Notes under the pieces: generated by a model | Databases searched by the model: none | What the model was told of the DNA's origin: nothing | What the model saw: only the letters and a program-made list of their open reading frames with translations | In this document: one piece after another, positions 44,685-61,216 of the stretch | Numbering within the stretch: position 1 is the first letter of the stretch | Layout: the number at the start of each line of letters is the position of its first letter | Translations under genes and position numbers: made by a program | Assembly: GCF_009914755.1 (NCBI RefSeq) | Contig: NC_060930.1 | DNA: 64,000 bases | Reading direction: 5' to 3' (one strand) | From: the human T2T-CHM13v2.0 reference genome, Homo sapiens

Positions 44685-45165
44685 CAGCCAATCCTCATTA
44701 TTCATGGATTCCATATTTGCCTATTTGCTAAAATTTATTTGTAACCCAAAAATTAATAATGCAGTGGTTTCATGGTCATTTATACATACACCTAGAATGG
44801 CAAAAAAAAAAAAAAAAAAGAGAGTCACCTGACACACATCTTCCTAGCTGAGACTGCCCATAACAACACACTGCCTTGTTTCAGCTGTGAGACCACCAGC
44901 GGGTGGAAGTGATGGGGGTAATGCAGTGTAGTACCAAAACCTTTGGCCTCAGAGCCACTTGAAGTGGTTTAAATCTCAACTCTGGCACCTGTTAGTGGGA
45001 CGGTCTCAGGCAAGTCACTTAACATTTTTGAGTTTCATTTTCTCCATTCTGTAAAATAGAATCGACTAGGATCAGTTGTTTGTAGGATTATAATCTATGT
45101 GAGATATGTGTGTGCATATTTACCTTATGAGCAGGTGGTTTAGTATCCATTGATTCAATGGTCCT
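44685..45165. mobile_element. TcMar-Tigger-type element with a MIR-like core
   Basis: cagccaatcctcattattcatggattccatatttgc terminus; MIR-like ggcaagtcacttaac...ctgtaaaatag at ~44930-45095. Confidence 0.55.
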
Positions 45166-46610
45166 CACCTTTATTTCTAATTTTAGTTATTTGTGTCTTT
45201 TCTTTTTTTCTCTGTCCAGCTAATGGTTTCTCAATTTTTATTGAGTTCTTCAAATAACCAACTCTTAATTTCATTGATTTTTCTTTTCTTCTATTCTCTA
45301 TGTATCTTACCCGTAATCTTTATTATTTTCATCCTTCTGGTACCTTCGGGTTTACTTTGCTCTTCTTTTTCTAGCTCCTTAAGGTGTAAAGTTAGGCTGC
45401 TGACATGAGATCTTTTTTTCTTTTTTAATGTAACCTTTACATCTATAAACTTTCCTCTGACCACTGCCTTCACTACATTGCATACTTTTTCTGTGTTGTG
45501 ATTTTGTTTTCATGCATCCCTAAGTGTCTTCTACTTTCCCTTGTGATTTCTTTTTTGACCCATGGTTGTTGAAGGAGGGTGTTGTTTTAATTTCCACATA
45601 TTTGTGGATTTTCCCATTTTTCTTTTGGTGTTAATTTCTAGCTTCATTCCACAAGATAACTTTGTAAGATTTCAATTTCTTAAAATGTGAGACTTGTTAT
45701 GAGGTCTGACATTTGGTCTGTTCTGGAAAATGATTCATATGCACTTAAGAAGGTATATTCTGCTGTTTGGTGAAGTGTTAGGTCTAGTTGGTTTATAGTG
45801 TTGTGCAAGTCCTGTTTTGATCTTCTAGATAATCTGTCCTGTACTGAAAATGTAGTGTATTGAATTCTCCAACTGTTATTGTAAAGCTATCTTTTTCCCT
45901 TCAGCTTTGTCAATATTTGCTTCATGTATTTTGGAGCACTGTTGTTTGGTGCTTACATGTTTATAATTGTTATATTTTCTTGTTGAACTGGCCTTTATGT
46001 CACCATCTTTTGTGTCTTGTTACAGTTTTTGACTTAAAGTCTGTTTTGTCTGATATTAGTGTAGCCACCTCCAGCTTTCTCTTGCTTACTATTTACATTT
46101 AATATATTTTTTACTACTTTCCCTTTCAACCTTTTTGTTTTTGAATCTTGAGTTTCCTGTAGATAACATATAGTTATATAATGTTTTTATATCCATTCTG
46201 CCAGTCTCTGCCTTCTGTCAGAAAAGTTTAATTTACATTTCAAGTTACTACTGACAAGCACTTCTTCCATGTTGCTATTTGTTTTCTGCCTTATACTTTT
46301 GTTCCTCATTGCCTTAATTACTACCATTTGTGATTAGTTGATCTTTTTTCTTTTTAATAATGGATTGTTTGGATTCCCTTCTCATTTCCTTTTGAATATA
46401 TAGCTTTTAGATATTTTCTTTGTGGTTATCATGGGAATTATATGTAATATCCACAATTGATGTTGTTGTTTAAGTCAATATCAGCTTCAATAGCATACAA
46501 ATGTCTGTCTATACAGCTCCATCTGCTCCCTTTATGTTCTTACAAAGTACATATTTTATGCATTGTGTGCTCAATAACATGGATTGATAATTATTTTTCA
46601 TGCATTTGTC

Positions 46611-46907
46611 CTTTTTTTTCTTTTTTGAGACAGAGCCTCACTCTGTCACCCAGGCTGGAGCGCAGTGGCATGATCTCGGCTCACTGAAACCTCTGTTTCC
46701 CAGGGTCAAGTGATCTCCTGCCTCAGCCTCCCGAGTAGCTGGGATTACAGGCATGTGCCACCACGCCTAGCTAATTTTTGGATTTTAAGTAGAGACGGGG
46801 TTTCACCATGTTGACTAGGCTGGTCTCAAACTCCTGACCTTAAGTGATCCGCCCACCTCGTCCTCCCAAAGTGTTGGAATTACAGGCGGGAGCCATCGCA
46901 CCCAGCC
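46611..46907 (-). mobile_element. Alu (AluS-like)
   Basis: Full dimer. Confidence 0.93.
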
Positions 46908-47205
46908 TGTGTATTTCTCTTAAGTCATGTGTGAAAGAAAAAGTACATTCAAAATTCCTAAATACAGTACTACTGGCTTTTATATTTGCTCATGTATTTA
47001 CCATTACCAGAGAGCTTTATTTCTTTTTCAGCTTTGAGTTACTGTTTAGCATGCTTTCACTTGAAGCATTTCTTTCAGGGAAAGTCTAGTGGTGATGAAC
47101 TTCCTCAGCTTTTATTTATCTGGGAATGTCTTACTTTCCCCCTCAGTTTCAACGTTAGTTTGCTGGATATAGGACTTTTAACAGGTTTTTTTTTTAACTT
47201 TCAGC

Positions 47206-47373
47206 TTTTTTTTTTTTTTTTTTTTAAGAGATTGGGTCTTGCTCTGTTGCCCAGGCTGGAGTGCGGTGGCATGATCATAGCTCACTGTAAGCCTCAAACT
47301 CCTGGGCTCAAGTGATCTCCTGCCTCAGCCTCCCAAGTAGCTGGGACTCCAGGTGCACACCACCATGCCTGGC
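47206..47373 (-). mobile_element. Alu right monomer (5'-truncated or FRAM-like)
   Basis: poly-T plus a single monomer; short TSD-like ttcagc. Confidence 0.85.
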
Positions 47374-50107
47374 TTCAGCATTTTAAATATGTTGTTCCAT
47401 TGATTTCTACCTTCCATGATTTCTGTTGAGAAATCAGCTATTAATCTTATTAAGGATACCTTGTGCTTGTCAAGTCACCTCCTGCTGCTTTTAGGATTTT
47501 CTTTTTGTCTTTTGCTTCCAATAGTTTGATTATGATGTGTCTCAGTGTGGATCTTTTTGAGCTTATTCGGCTTGGAATTGATTGGCTTTGGATAAGTAAA
47601 TCATGTCTTTCTTCAGATTTAGGAAGCTTTGTCCATTATTTATTTAGATAATCACTTTGTCCCTTTCTTTTCTCCCAAGTCTTCCATAATTTATTTGTTG
47701 GTATGCATGATGGTGTCCTGCTAGCCTACTAGGCTCTGTTCATTTTTTCTTTATTTTCTTTACTTTCTACTTTTCAGATTCAGTAATTTTAATTGTGCTA
47801 TCTTCAAGTTCGTTGATTAATTTTTTTCTGTTAAAAACTTTCTGAGCCTCTCTAGTGAATTTTTTATTTCAATTATGTACGTTTCAGCTCCAGAATGTTT
47901 GCTTGGTTCCTTTATAAAATGTGTTTCTTTATTTTGTTTATAAATTGTTCTGATTTCCTTCAGTTCTTCATATCTTTCTTTTGCTTTTTGAGCTTATTTA
48001 AGACAGTCTGCCTGGGTTTCCTTCTGGCTGGTTTCTGTCAATTATTTTATTATTTTGAATGAATTGTACTTCCCTATTTCTTTATATGCTTTGTGGGGTT
48101 TTTGTTGTTGTTACTGTTGAAAACTGCACATTTGACATTATAATGTAATTCTGGAAATCAGATTTTCTTCCTTGTTTTGCTGGGATTTTTTTGTTGTTGT
48201 TGTTGAAGGCTAGAATTGGCTGTTTAGTGACATTTCCACACTATTCTGTAGAGACTGTATTCCTTATTGTTTGTGGTCACTGAAGCCTCTGTTCCTCAGA
48301 TTGTGTTCCACTGTGTTTTGGCAGAGATTTCTTTGGAAGCCTGGAGCTAAGCAAACAAAACAAAACAAAACAGAGCACTTCTCCTAGTTTTTGCATTTAA
48401 CTCTGTGACTCCAGGTTTGCATTGAGCCAGGTGATCAGTCTGAGGTGAAAGCCGAGAAACTTCTCAGGTCTTTCTGAGCGTGCATCTTGCCCTGGGCTTG
48501 TGCATGGCTGTCTTTCCCCTTACACCCACATGCTTTAGAATGTCCTGATCTTCCAAAGAAACTCTCCTGCAGCTTTTCTGGGGGTGCCTGTGGACTTGTT
48601 TGTATATCTCAACTTGATCATTTAGCCTAGGTGTTTGTGGGTGTTAGTTTGTGAACAATCTCCCCCATTTTTCTGGCTTAAGGGCCCAAGTTCAGATGTC
48701 GTGCCGTGGTCTTCTAGATAGCCTTCAGTCAGGTTAGAACATACCTACACAATTATTTGTGAATAAGGTTGGCTGTGCTCCCTCTAGAACCAGGAACCAG
48801 GGACTTTCCCACTGGGAATGCAGGCTGTCAGGCCAGGGAGGCACAGCAAGTACAAGTAAAAATACCACAAACCTTTCCTGTAATTTTGAAGTTGCTAGCT
48901 TCTTGATTCAATGTTCACTTGTCTGCTGCCAATCTTTGACTTATTTCCAGAGTCCTGATAATGTTGGTTGTAAGAATAATTGCTGTTTTTTGGAAATGTT
49001 TCTGTATGAGAAGTCAGAGCTTCCTACTCTACCAAGTCTGCCCCTGTCTGTACATCTGAATGGTTGTGGTGGAAAGTCACTGACAATTTTCAATATTCAA
49101 GGTGTGCGTAAGCACCATCCCTGCAACTGTGAGTCTGTGTAAAAGGGCTTATCACCGCACTACCCATTTAAACAATTGGCGCTGGCTTATGATTCTTCTA
49201 ATTATATAATAAACAGTGTTAATAAATCTAAATATTCATCCTTATGCCATCTAGAAGTCATCTGGTGGACCACTAGGAGGATGTACATCATGCTTTGGGA
49301 AACTCTCTTCTGCCATAAGTACAGATCTTGGCTGGCATTGATAGTTTTCCTTCCCCAGCCCCCTGCTATATTCTAGATCAGGCTACCCCATTGTGTCTGT
49401 GGTCACAGCCACATTTACTGGCAGGCACTCCACAACTCAGGAATAGTTTGTGTTCTGAAGCTTTTTGTTATTTTTAAATTGGTGCTTGATCTGGAAACTT
49501 TGAAATATGTTATTCATAAGGCTTAGGTTTCTTTTATTTATTTATTTTAATTTTTTATTTTTTCATTATTATACTTTAAGTTTTAGGGTACATGTGCACA
49601 ATGTGCAGGTTAGTGACATATGTATACATGTGACATGCTGGTGCACTGCACCCACTAACTCGTCATCTAGCATTAGGTATATCTCCCAATGCTATCCCTC
49701 CCCCCTCCCCCCACCCCACAACAGGCCCCAGAGTGTGATGTTCCCCTTCCTGTGTCCATGTGTTTTCATTGTTCAGTTCCCACCTATGAGTGAGAATATG
49801 CGGTGTTTGGTTTTTTGTTCTTGCGATAGTTTACTGAGAATGATGATTTGCAGTTTCATCCATGTCCCTACAAAGGACCTGAGCTCATCATTTTTTATGG
49901 CTGCATAGTATTCCATGGTGTATATGTGCCACATTTTCTTAATCCAGTCTATCATTGTTGGACATTAGGGTTGGTTCCAAGTCTTTGCTATTGTGAATAG
50001 TGCCGCAATAAACATACTTGTGCATGTGTCTTTATAGCAGCATGATTTATAGTCCTTTGGGTATATCCCCAGTAATGGGATGGCTGGGTCAAATGGTATT
50101 TCTAGTT

Positions 50108-53081
<2,974 letters not shown>

Positions 53082-53129
53082 TTATTTTGCTCATTAGTTG
53101 ATGCAGTTTCTTCCTAGTCTTGATGGTCT

Positions 53130-54143
53130 TTACATTTTGGCATGATTTTGCAGCGGCTGGTACCAGTTGTTCCTTTCCATGTTTAGTGCTTCTTTCAGGA
53201 GCTCTTTTAGGACAGGCCTGGTGGTGACAAAATCTCTCAGCATTTGCTTGTCTGTAAAGTATTTTATTTCTCCTTCACTTATGAAGCTTAGTTTGGCTGG
53301 ATATGAAATTCTGGGTTGAAAATTCTTTTCTTTAAGAATGTTGAATATTGGCCCCCACTCTCTTCTGGCTTGTAGAGTTTCTGCCGAGAGATCCGCTGTT
53401 AGTCTGATGGGCTTCCCTTTGTGGGTAACCCGACCTTTCTCTCTGGCTGCCCTTAACATTTTTTCCTTCATTTCAACTTTGGTGAATCTGACAATTATGT
53501 GTCTTGGAGTTGCTCTTCTCGAGGAGTATCTTTGTGGCGTTCTCTGTATTTCCTGAATCTGAATGTTGGCCTGCCTTGCTAGATTGGGGAAGTTCTCCTG
53601 GATAATATCCTGCAGAGTGTTTTCCAACTTGATTCCATTCTCCCTGTCACTTTCAGGTACACCAGTCAGACGTAGATTTGGTCTTTTCACATAGTCCCAT
53701 ATTTCTTGGAGGCTTTGTTCATTTCTTTTTATTTTTTTTTCTCTAAACTTCCTTTCTCGCTTCATTTCATTCATTTCATCTTCCATCGCTGATACCCTTT
53801 CTTCCAGTTGATCACATCGGCTCCTGAGGCTTCTGTATTCTTCACGTAGTTCTCGAGCCTTGGCTTTCAGCTCCATCAGCCCCTTTAAGCACTTCTCTGT
53901 ATTGGTTATTCTAGTTATACATTCGTCTAAATTTTTTTTGAAGTTTTTAACTTCTTTGCCTTTGGTTTGAATTTCCTCCTGTAGCTCGTAGTTTGATCGT
54001 CTGAAGCCTTCTTTTCTCAACTCGTCAAAGTCATTCTCCGTCCAGCTTTGTTCCATTGCTGGTGAGGAACTGCGATCCTTTGGAGGAGGAGAGGTGCTCT
54101 GCTTTTTAGAGTTTCCAGTTTTTGTGCTCTGTTTTTTCCCCAT
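53130..54143 (-). CDS. L1 ORF1p (RNA-binding chaperone), open 337 aa
   Basis: MGKKQ...WDYVKRPNLRL...RPVLKELL...QNHAKM; REKG, ARR and YPAKLS motifs intact; one codon shorter than the 338-aa L1HS ORF1p; expression unknown. Confidence 0.85.
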   Translation of the reverse strand: MGKKQSTKTGNSKKQSTSPPPKDRSSSPAMEQSWTENDFDELRKEGFRRSNYELQEEIQTKGKEVKNFKKNLDECITRITNTEKCLKGLMELKAKARELREEYRSLRSRCDQLEERVSAMEDEMNEMKRERKFREKKIKRNEQSLQEIWDYVKRPNLRLTGVPESDRENGIKLENTLQDIIQENFPNLARQANIQIQEIQRTPQRYSSRRATPRHIIVRFTKVEMKEKMLRAAREKGRVTHKGKPIRLTADLSAETLQARREWGPIFNILKEKNFQPRISYPAKLSFISEGEIKYFTDKQMLRDFVTTRPVLKELLKEALNMERNNWYQPLQNHAKM

Positions 54144-55182
54144 CTTTGTGGTTTTATCTACTTTTGGACTTTGATGATGGTGATATACAGATGGGTTTTT
54201 GGTGTGGATGTCCTTTCTGTTTGTTAGTTTTCTTTCTAACAGACAGGACCCTCAGCTGCAGGTCTGTTGGAGTTTGCTAGAGGTCCACTCCAGACCCTGT
54301 TTGCCTGGGTATCAGCAGTGGTGTCTGCAGAACAGTGGTTTATCATGAACCACGAATGCTGCTGTCTGATCGTTCCCCTGGAAGTTTTGTCTCAGAGGAG
54401 TACCCGGCCATGTGAGATGTCAGTCCGCCCCTACTGGGGAGTGCCTCCCAGTTAGGCTGCTCAGGGGTCAGGGGTCAGGGACCCACTTGAGGAGGCAGTC
54501 TGCCAGTTCTCAGATCTCCAGCTGCGTGCTGGGAGAACCACTGCTCTCTTCAAAGCTGTCAGACAGGGACATTTAAGTCTGCAGAGCTTACTGCTGTCTT
54601 TTTGTTTGTCTGTGCCCTGCCCCCAGAGGTGGAGCCTACAGAGGCAGGCAGGCAATCCTCCTTGAGCTGTGGTGGGCTCCACCCAGTTGGAGCTTCCAGG
54701 CTGCTTTGTTTACCTAAGCAAGCCTGGGCACTGGCCGGCGTCCCTCTCCCAGCCTCGTTGCCGCCTTGCAGTTTGATCTCAGACTGCTGTGCTAGCAGTC
54801 AGCGAGACTCCGTGGGCGCAGGACCCTCCGAGCCAGGTGCGGGATATAATCTCCTGGTGCGCCATTTTTTAAGCCCGTCAGAAAAGCGCAGTATTCGGGT
54901 GGGAGTGACCCAATTTTCCAGGTGCCGTCTGTCACCCCTTTCTTTGACTAGGAAAGGGAACTCCCTGACCCCTTGCACTTCCTGAGTGAGGCAATGCCTC
55001 GCCCTGCTTCGGCTTGCGCACGGTGCGCTGCACCCACTGACCTGTGCCCACTGTCTGGCACTCCCTAGTGAGATGAACCTGGTACCTCAGATGGAAATGC
55101 TGAAATCACCTGTCTTCTGCGTCGCTCACGCTGGGAGCTGTAGACCGGAGCTGTTCCTATTCGGCCATCTTGGCTCCTCCCC
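54144..55182 (-). promoter_or_regulatory. L1 5'UTR internal sense promoter and antisense promoter; YY1 site at ~55161-55174
   Basis: gccaagatggccga (sense) YY1 motif intact; CpG-enriched relative to flanks. Confidence 0.75.
54731..54985 (+). other. L1 ORF0 homolog with CTG in place of the ATG
   Basis: LAGVPLPASLPPCSLISDCCASSQRDSVGAGPSEPG matches recalled ORF0 MAGAPPPASLPPCSLISDCCASNQRDSVG. Confidence 0.75.
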
Positions 55183-55959
55183 AAGGCTTAGGTTTCTAAG
55201 TCAGCCACAAATGCTACCCAAAACTACATAAAGAAGAAAAAAGTTGCATAGAACCAAAAAGTGAGTTTTAATTATTTATTTTATACGTGTGCTTTCAGAA
55301 TTCCAACCCCCTAGAGGAGTTGGGATTTTAAACCAGTGTGATACATTTTCTGTTTGCTTCAGTTTACTTTTTATTTTTTTCCTTTCCCTTATGGGTTCTG
55401 GGAATTGAGACTTCGGCTTTCCTTCCTGTGATACCACTTGCCACTGTGTGTCCATTCGAGAGCATGGCTCTCACCAGCCTCTCCCCTCTCCTGTTTTTGC
55501 AGTCAGTACTTTGTCCTTCTAAAGTCCTTTAAAAGATTGCTCATTAGAATATTTTTAAAATCTGTTAGCAATAGATAATTACAGCCTTATTTCTATGCTG
55601 ACCACCATGCAGCAAGGAAAAATGTGCAAAGGAAAAGAGGCAGAAAAGAACTGTTTATATTGAATTTAGGGGCTGTTTCAGGCCTTGGTATGCTGGTCTC
55701 TAGTGTGGCTGAAGGAAAAAATGCTGGGACTGAGTGCGAGGAAGGGCAGTGAGTACATTTCTGATTCTGGCACCTTGATGGAGATGGTCCTATCACTTGT
55801 AGACCTTGCGCCTGGTTACAGAATTGGGGATACAGAAGTTTGATGGAACAAAATGGAATTATGTGAGTGCCCTGGAATGGAGTGATGGGTGTGGGTGCAG
55901 GTATGTGTGTCTGCTCCCACCTCTGCTGGGTGGAAGTCTCTCTCATGAGAGTGAGGGCA

Positions 55960-56040
55960 GCAGTGGTGTTCACCTGTATATCCCCAGTACCTCGTACAGT
56001 GCCTTATACATAGCAGACACTCTCTTGCTGAATAAATGAG
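55960..56040 (+). mobile_element. L2 3' end fragment
   Basis: tgtatatccccagtacct..acagtgcctt..acatag..ttgctgaataaatga. Confidence 0.6.
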
Positions 56041-56342
56041 GATCCAGATAAGATAGGTCAATCATTGTTAAAGGCATAGACCTGAGTCAGTGGGTATTAC
56101 ATGTTCAGGGATATGAATTGGCAATTTGTTTTATTTTACTAATTTGCTTCTGTGTACATTCCTCACAGTGTTACAACTTGAGTGACAATATAATTTATCA
56201 TTCAAATGGAGGCACATGAAAGCAAAAGGAGGACTGAAAATTGTTATACAATCTTTTGGAATTTTTTTTGACCAATACATTTGTTGTAGTGATAGACATA
56301 AAGTAGTTTTATTAAAAAAATTTTCAAAAAATTATGAAGTAA

Positions 56343-57029
<687 letters not shown>

Positions 57030-57549
57030 GTAAATATTCTTGATACATTTTTATCATGTATCTATTGTAATGCCTTGTGACTCTTTAAAAGTTTTTCGGT
57101 ATGTCTTTTTATTTTTTTATTTTAATAGGTCTTTTGGGAACAGGTGGTGTTTGGTTACATGAATAAGTTCCTTAGTGGTGATTTCTGAGATTTTGGTGCA
57201 CCCATCACCCGAGCAGTGTACACTGTACTCAATGTGTCGTCTTTTATCCCTCACCCCCCTCCCACCCTTTCCCCCAAGCCTCAAAGTCCATTGTATCATT
57301 ATGCCTTTGCATCTTCATAGCTTAGCTCCCAGTTATGAGCGAGAACTTAGGATGTTTGGTTTTCCATTCCTGAGTTACTTCATTTAGAATAATGATCTCC
57401 AGTTCCATCCAGGTTGCTGCAAATGCCATTATTTCATTTCTTTTTATGGTTGAGAGTATTCTATGGTATATATACACCACAGTTTCTTTATATACTTGTT
57501 GACTGATAAGTATTTGGCTGGTTCCATGTTTTTGCAATTGCAAATATAA

Positions 57550-57926
<377 letters not shown>

Positions 57927-60908
57927 TTACTTTTAGTTCTTTAAGGAATCCTCACACTATTTTCCATAGCAGCTGTACTAGTTCACATTCCTGCCAGCAG
58001 TGTGTTTCCTTTTTTTACCACATCCACACCAACTTCTATTATTTTTTGATTTTTCGATTATGACCATCTTGCAGGAGTGAGGTGGTATCGCATTGTGGTT
58101 TTGATTTGTATTTCCCTGATCATTAGTGATGTTGAGCATTTTTTCATGTTTGTTGGCCATTTGTATATCTTCTTTTGAGAATTGTCTGTTCATGTCCTTA
58201 GTCCCACTTTTTGATGTGATTGTTTTTTTCTTGCTGATTTGTCTGAGTCATTTGTAGATTCTGGATGTTAGTTATTTGTCAGATGTATAGATTGCAAAGA
58301 TTTTCTCCCACTCTGTGGGTTGTCTGTTTACTCTGCTGATTGTTTATTTTGCTTTACAGAAGCTTTTTAGTTGAATTAAGTCCCATCTATTTATCTTTGT
58401 TTTTGTTGCATTTGCTTTTGGGTTCTTGGTCATGAAGTCTTTGTGTAAGCCATTGTCTCAAAGGGTTTTTCTGATGTTATCTTCTAGAATTTTTATGGTT
58501 TCAGTCTTAGATTTAAGTGTTTGATCCATCTTGAGTTGATTTTTGTTTAAGATGAGAGATGAGGATCCAGTTTCATTCTCCTACATGTGGCTTGCCAATT
58601 ATCCCAGCACCATTTGTTAAATAAGGTGTCCTTTCCCCACTTTATCTTTTTGTTTGCTTTGTTGAAGATCAGTTGGCTGTAAGTATTTGACTTTATTTTT
58701 GGGTTCTTTATTCTGTTCCATTGGTCTATGTGCTTATTTTTATACCAGTACCATGCTGTTTTGGTGACTATGGCCTGGTAGTATAGTTTGAAGTTGGGTA
58801 ATGTGATTCCTCCAGATTTGTTCTTTTTGCTTAGTCTTGCTTTGGTTATGTGGGCAGTTTTTTGGTTCCATATGAATTTTAGGATTTTTTTTCTAGTTCT
58901 GTGAAGAATGATGGTGGTGTTTTGATGGGAATTGCATTGAATTTGTAGATTGTTTTTGACAGTATGGCCATTTTCACAATATTGATTCTACCTCTCCATG
59001 GGCATGGGATGTGTTTCCATTTGATTGTGTCATCTATGATTTCTTTCAGCAGTGTTTTGTAGTTTTTCTTGTAGAGGTCTTTCACCTCCTTAGATCCACT
59101 CCTAAGCATTTTTTTTTCAACTATTTTTAAAGGGGTTGAGTTCTTGATTTGAGTCTCACCTTGGTTGTTGTTGGTGTATAGCAGAGCTACTGATTTGTGT
59201 ACATTAGCTTTGTATCCTGGAACTTTGCTGAATTTATCAGTTCTAGGAGCTTTTTGGAAGAATCTTTAGGAGTTTCTTGGTATATGATCATGTCATCAGC
59301 AAACGGTGACGGTTTGACTTCCTCTTTACTGATTTGGATGGCCTTTCTTTCTTTCTTTTGTTTGATTGCTCTGGCTATGACTTGCAGTATGTTGAATAGA
59401 AATGGTGAGAGTGGGCATCCTCGTCTTGTTCCAGTTCTCAGGGGAATGCTTTCAACTTTTCACCATTCAGTGTTATGTTGGCTTTGGGTATGTCATAGAT
59501 GGCTTTTATTAAAGTTATGTCCCTTCTATGCTGATTTTGCTGAGGGTTTTAATCGTAAAGGGGTGCTGGATTTTGTCAAATGCTTTTTCTGCTCTATTGA
59601 GATGATCATGTGATTTTTATATTTTTAATTGTGTTTATGTGATGACAACATTGACTTGCGTATTTTAAACCATCCCTGCATCCTGATATGAAACCCACTT
59701 GATCATGGTGGGTTATCTTTTTGAAGTGTTGTTGGATTCAGTTTGCTAGTATTTTGTTAAGGATTTTTGCATCTATATTCATCAGCGATTTTTTTGTTTT
59801 GTTATGTTTTTGTTTGTTTTTTGTTTTGTTTTTTTGTTACATCCTTTCCTGGTTTTGGTATTAGAGTGACACTGGCTTCATAGAATGATTTAGGAAGGAT
59901 TCCCTCTTTATCTTGTGGAATAGTGTCAATAGGATTGGTACCAATTTTTCCTTAAATGTCTGATAAAATTCAGCTGTGAATCCATCAGGTCCTGGACTTT
60001 TTTTTGTTGGCAACTTTTAAATTACCATTTCAGTGTCACTGTTTGTTATTGGTCTGTTCAGAGTTTCTGTTTCTTCCTGGTTTAGTCTAGGCGGGTTGTA
60101 TATTTCCAGGAATGTGTCCATTTCCTCTAGGTTTTTTAGTTTATGTGCATAAAGGTGTTCGTAGTTGGCTTGAATAAACTTTTGTATTTCTGTGGTATCA
60201 GTTGTGGTATCTCCTGTGTGAATTCTAGTTGAGAGTTTTGGATCTTCTCCTTGTCTTGGTTAATCTCACTAATTTTATTTATCTTTTGAAAGAACCAGCT
60301 TTTTGTTTCATTTACCTTTTGTATTTATTTTTTGTTGGAATTTCATTTAGTTCTGTTTTGATCTTTGTTATTTCTTCTGCTGGGTTTGGGTTTGGTTTGT
60401 TCTTGTTTTTATGATTCCTTGAGATGTGACCTTAGATTGTCTATTTGTTCTCTTTCAGACTTTTCAGTGTTAGGCGTTTAAGCATATGAACTTTCCACTT
60501 AGCATTGCCTTTGCTGTATCCCAGAAGTTTTGCTAGGTTGTGTCACTATTATCGTTCAGTTCAAAGAATTTTAAAATTTCCGTCTTGATTTCATTGTTGC
60601 CTGAGTGATCATTCAGGAGCAGGTTATTTAATTTTTATGTTTTTGCCTGGTTTTGAGGGTTCCTTTTTGGAGTTGATTTCCAATTTTATTCCACTGTGGT
60701 CTGAAAGAGTACCTGACATAGTTTAGATTTTCTTAAATTTACTGAACCTTGTTTTGTGGCCTATCATATGGGCTATCTTGGAGAATGTTCCATGTGCTGA
60801 TTAATAGAATGTATATTCTGCAGTTGTTGGATAAAATGTTCTATAAATATCTGTTAAATCCTTTTGTTATAAGTTATAGTTTAAGTCCATTGTTTCTTTG
60901 TTGACTTT

Positions 60909-61216
60909 ATATTAATATTATATTAATATTAATAATAAATTATTAATATAAATAAATTAATTATATTTGTATTATTTGTAATATATAATTTATATATATT
61001 ATATTAATATTCATATTTATTTATATATAATTATATATTATTTATATCATATATTTATATTATTTATATATAAACTTGTTAATATAAAATTATATTACTT
61101 ATATATTATAAATATATTATATTATATAATAAATTATTAATATAAATAATATAAATAATAATATATAATTATATATAAATAATACTAATATTAATATAAA
61201 TAAAAATAAATATTAA
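60909..61216. repeat. Nearly pure AT low-complexity, quasi-palindromic insert
   Basis: ~308 bp with only a handful of G/C; flanked by duplicated L1 sequence. Confidence 0.9.

Larger units (their letters stand above)
42425..49040 (-). mobile_element. L1MA/MB element, fragmented, with Alu and Tigger insertions
   Basis: 3' end gtctggcttccttcacttagcataatgttttcaaggttcatcc; ORF2-like remnants in the ORF track (KLVLKFIW at 43704-43886; VVRGKFI at 45291-45473). Confidence 0.8.

Noticed and set aside
54425-54437. CTCF-like motif in the L1PA3 5'UTR
   Set aside because: The minus strand reads CCAGTAGGGGCGG, one G short of the required spacing.
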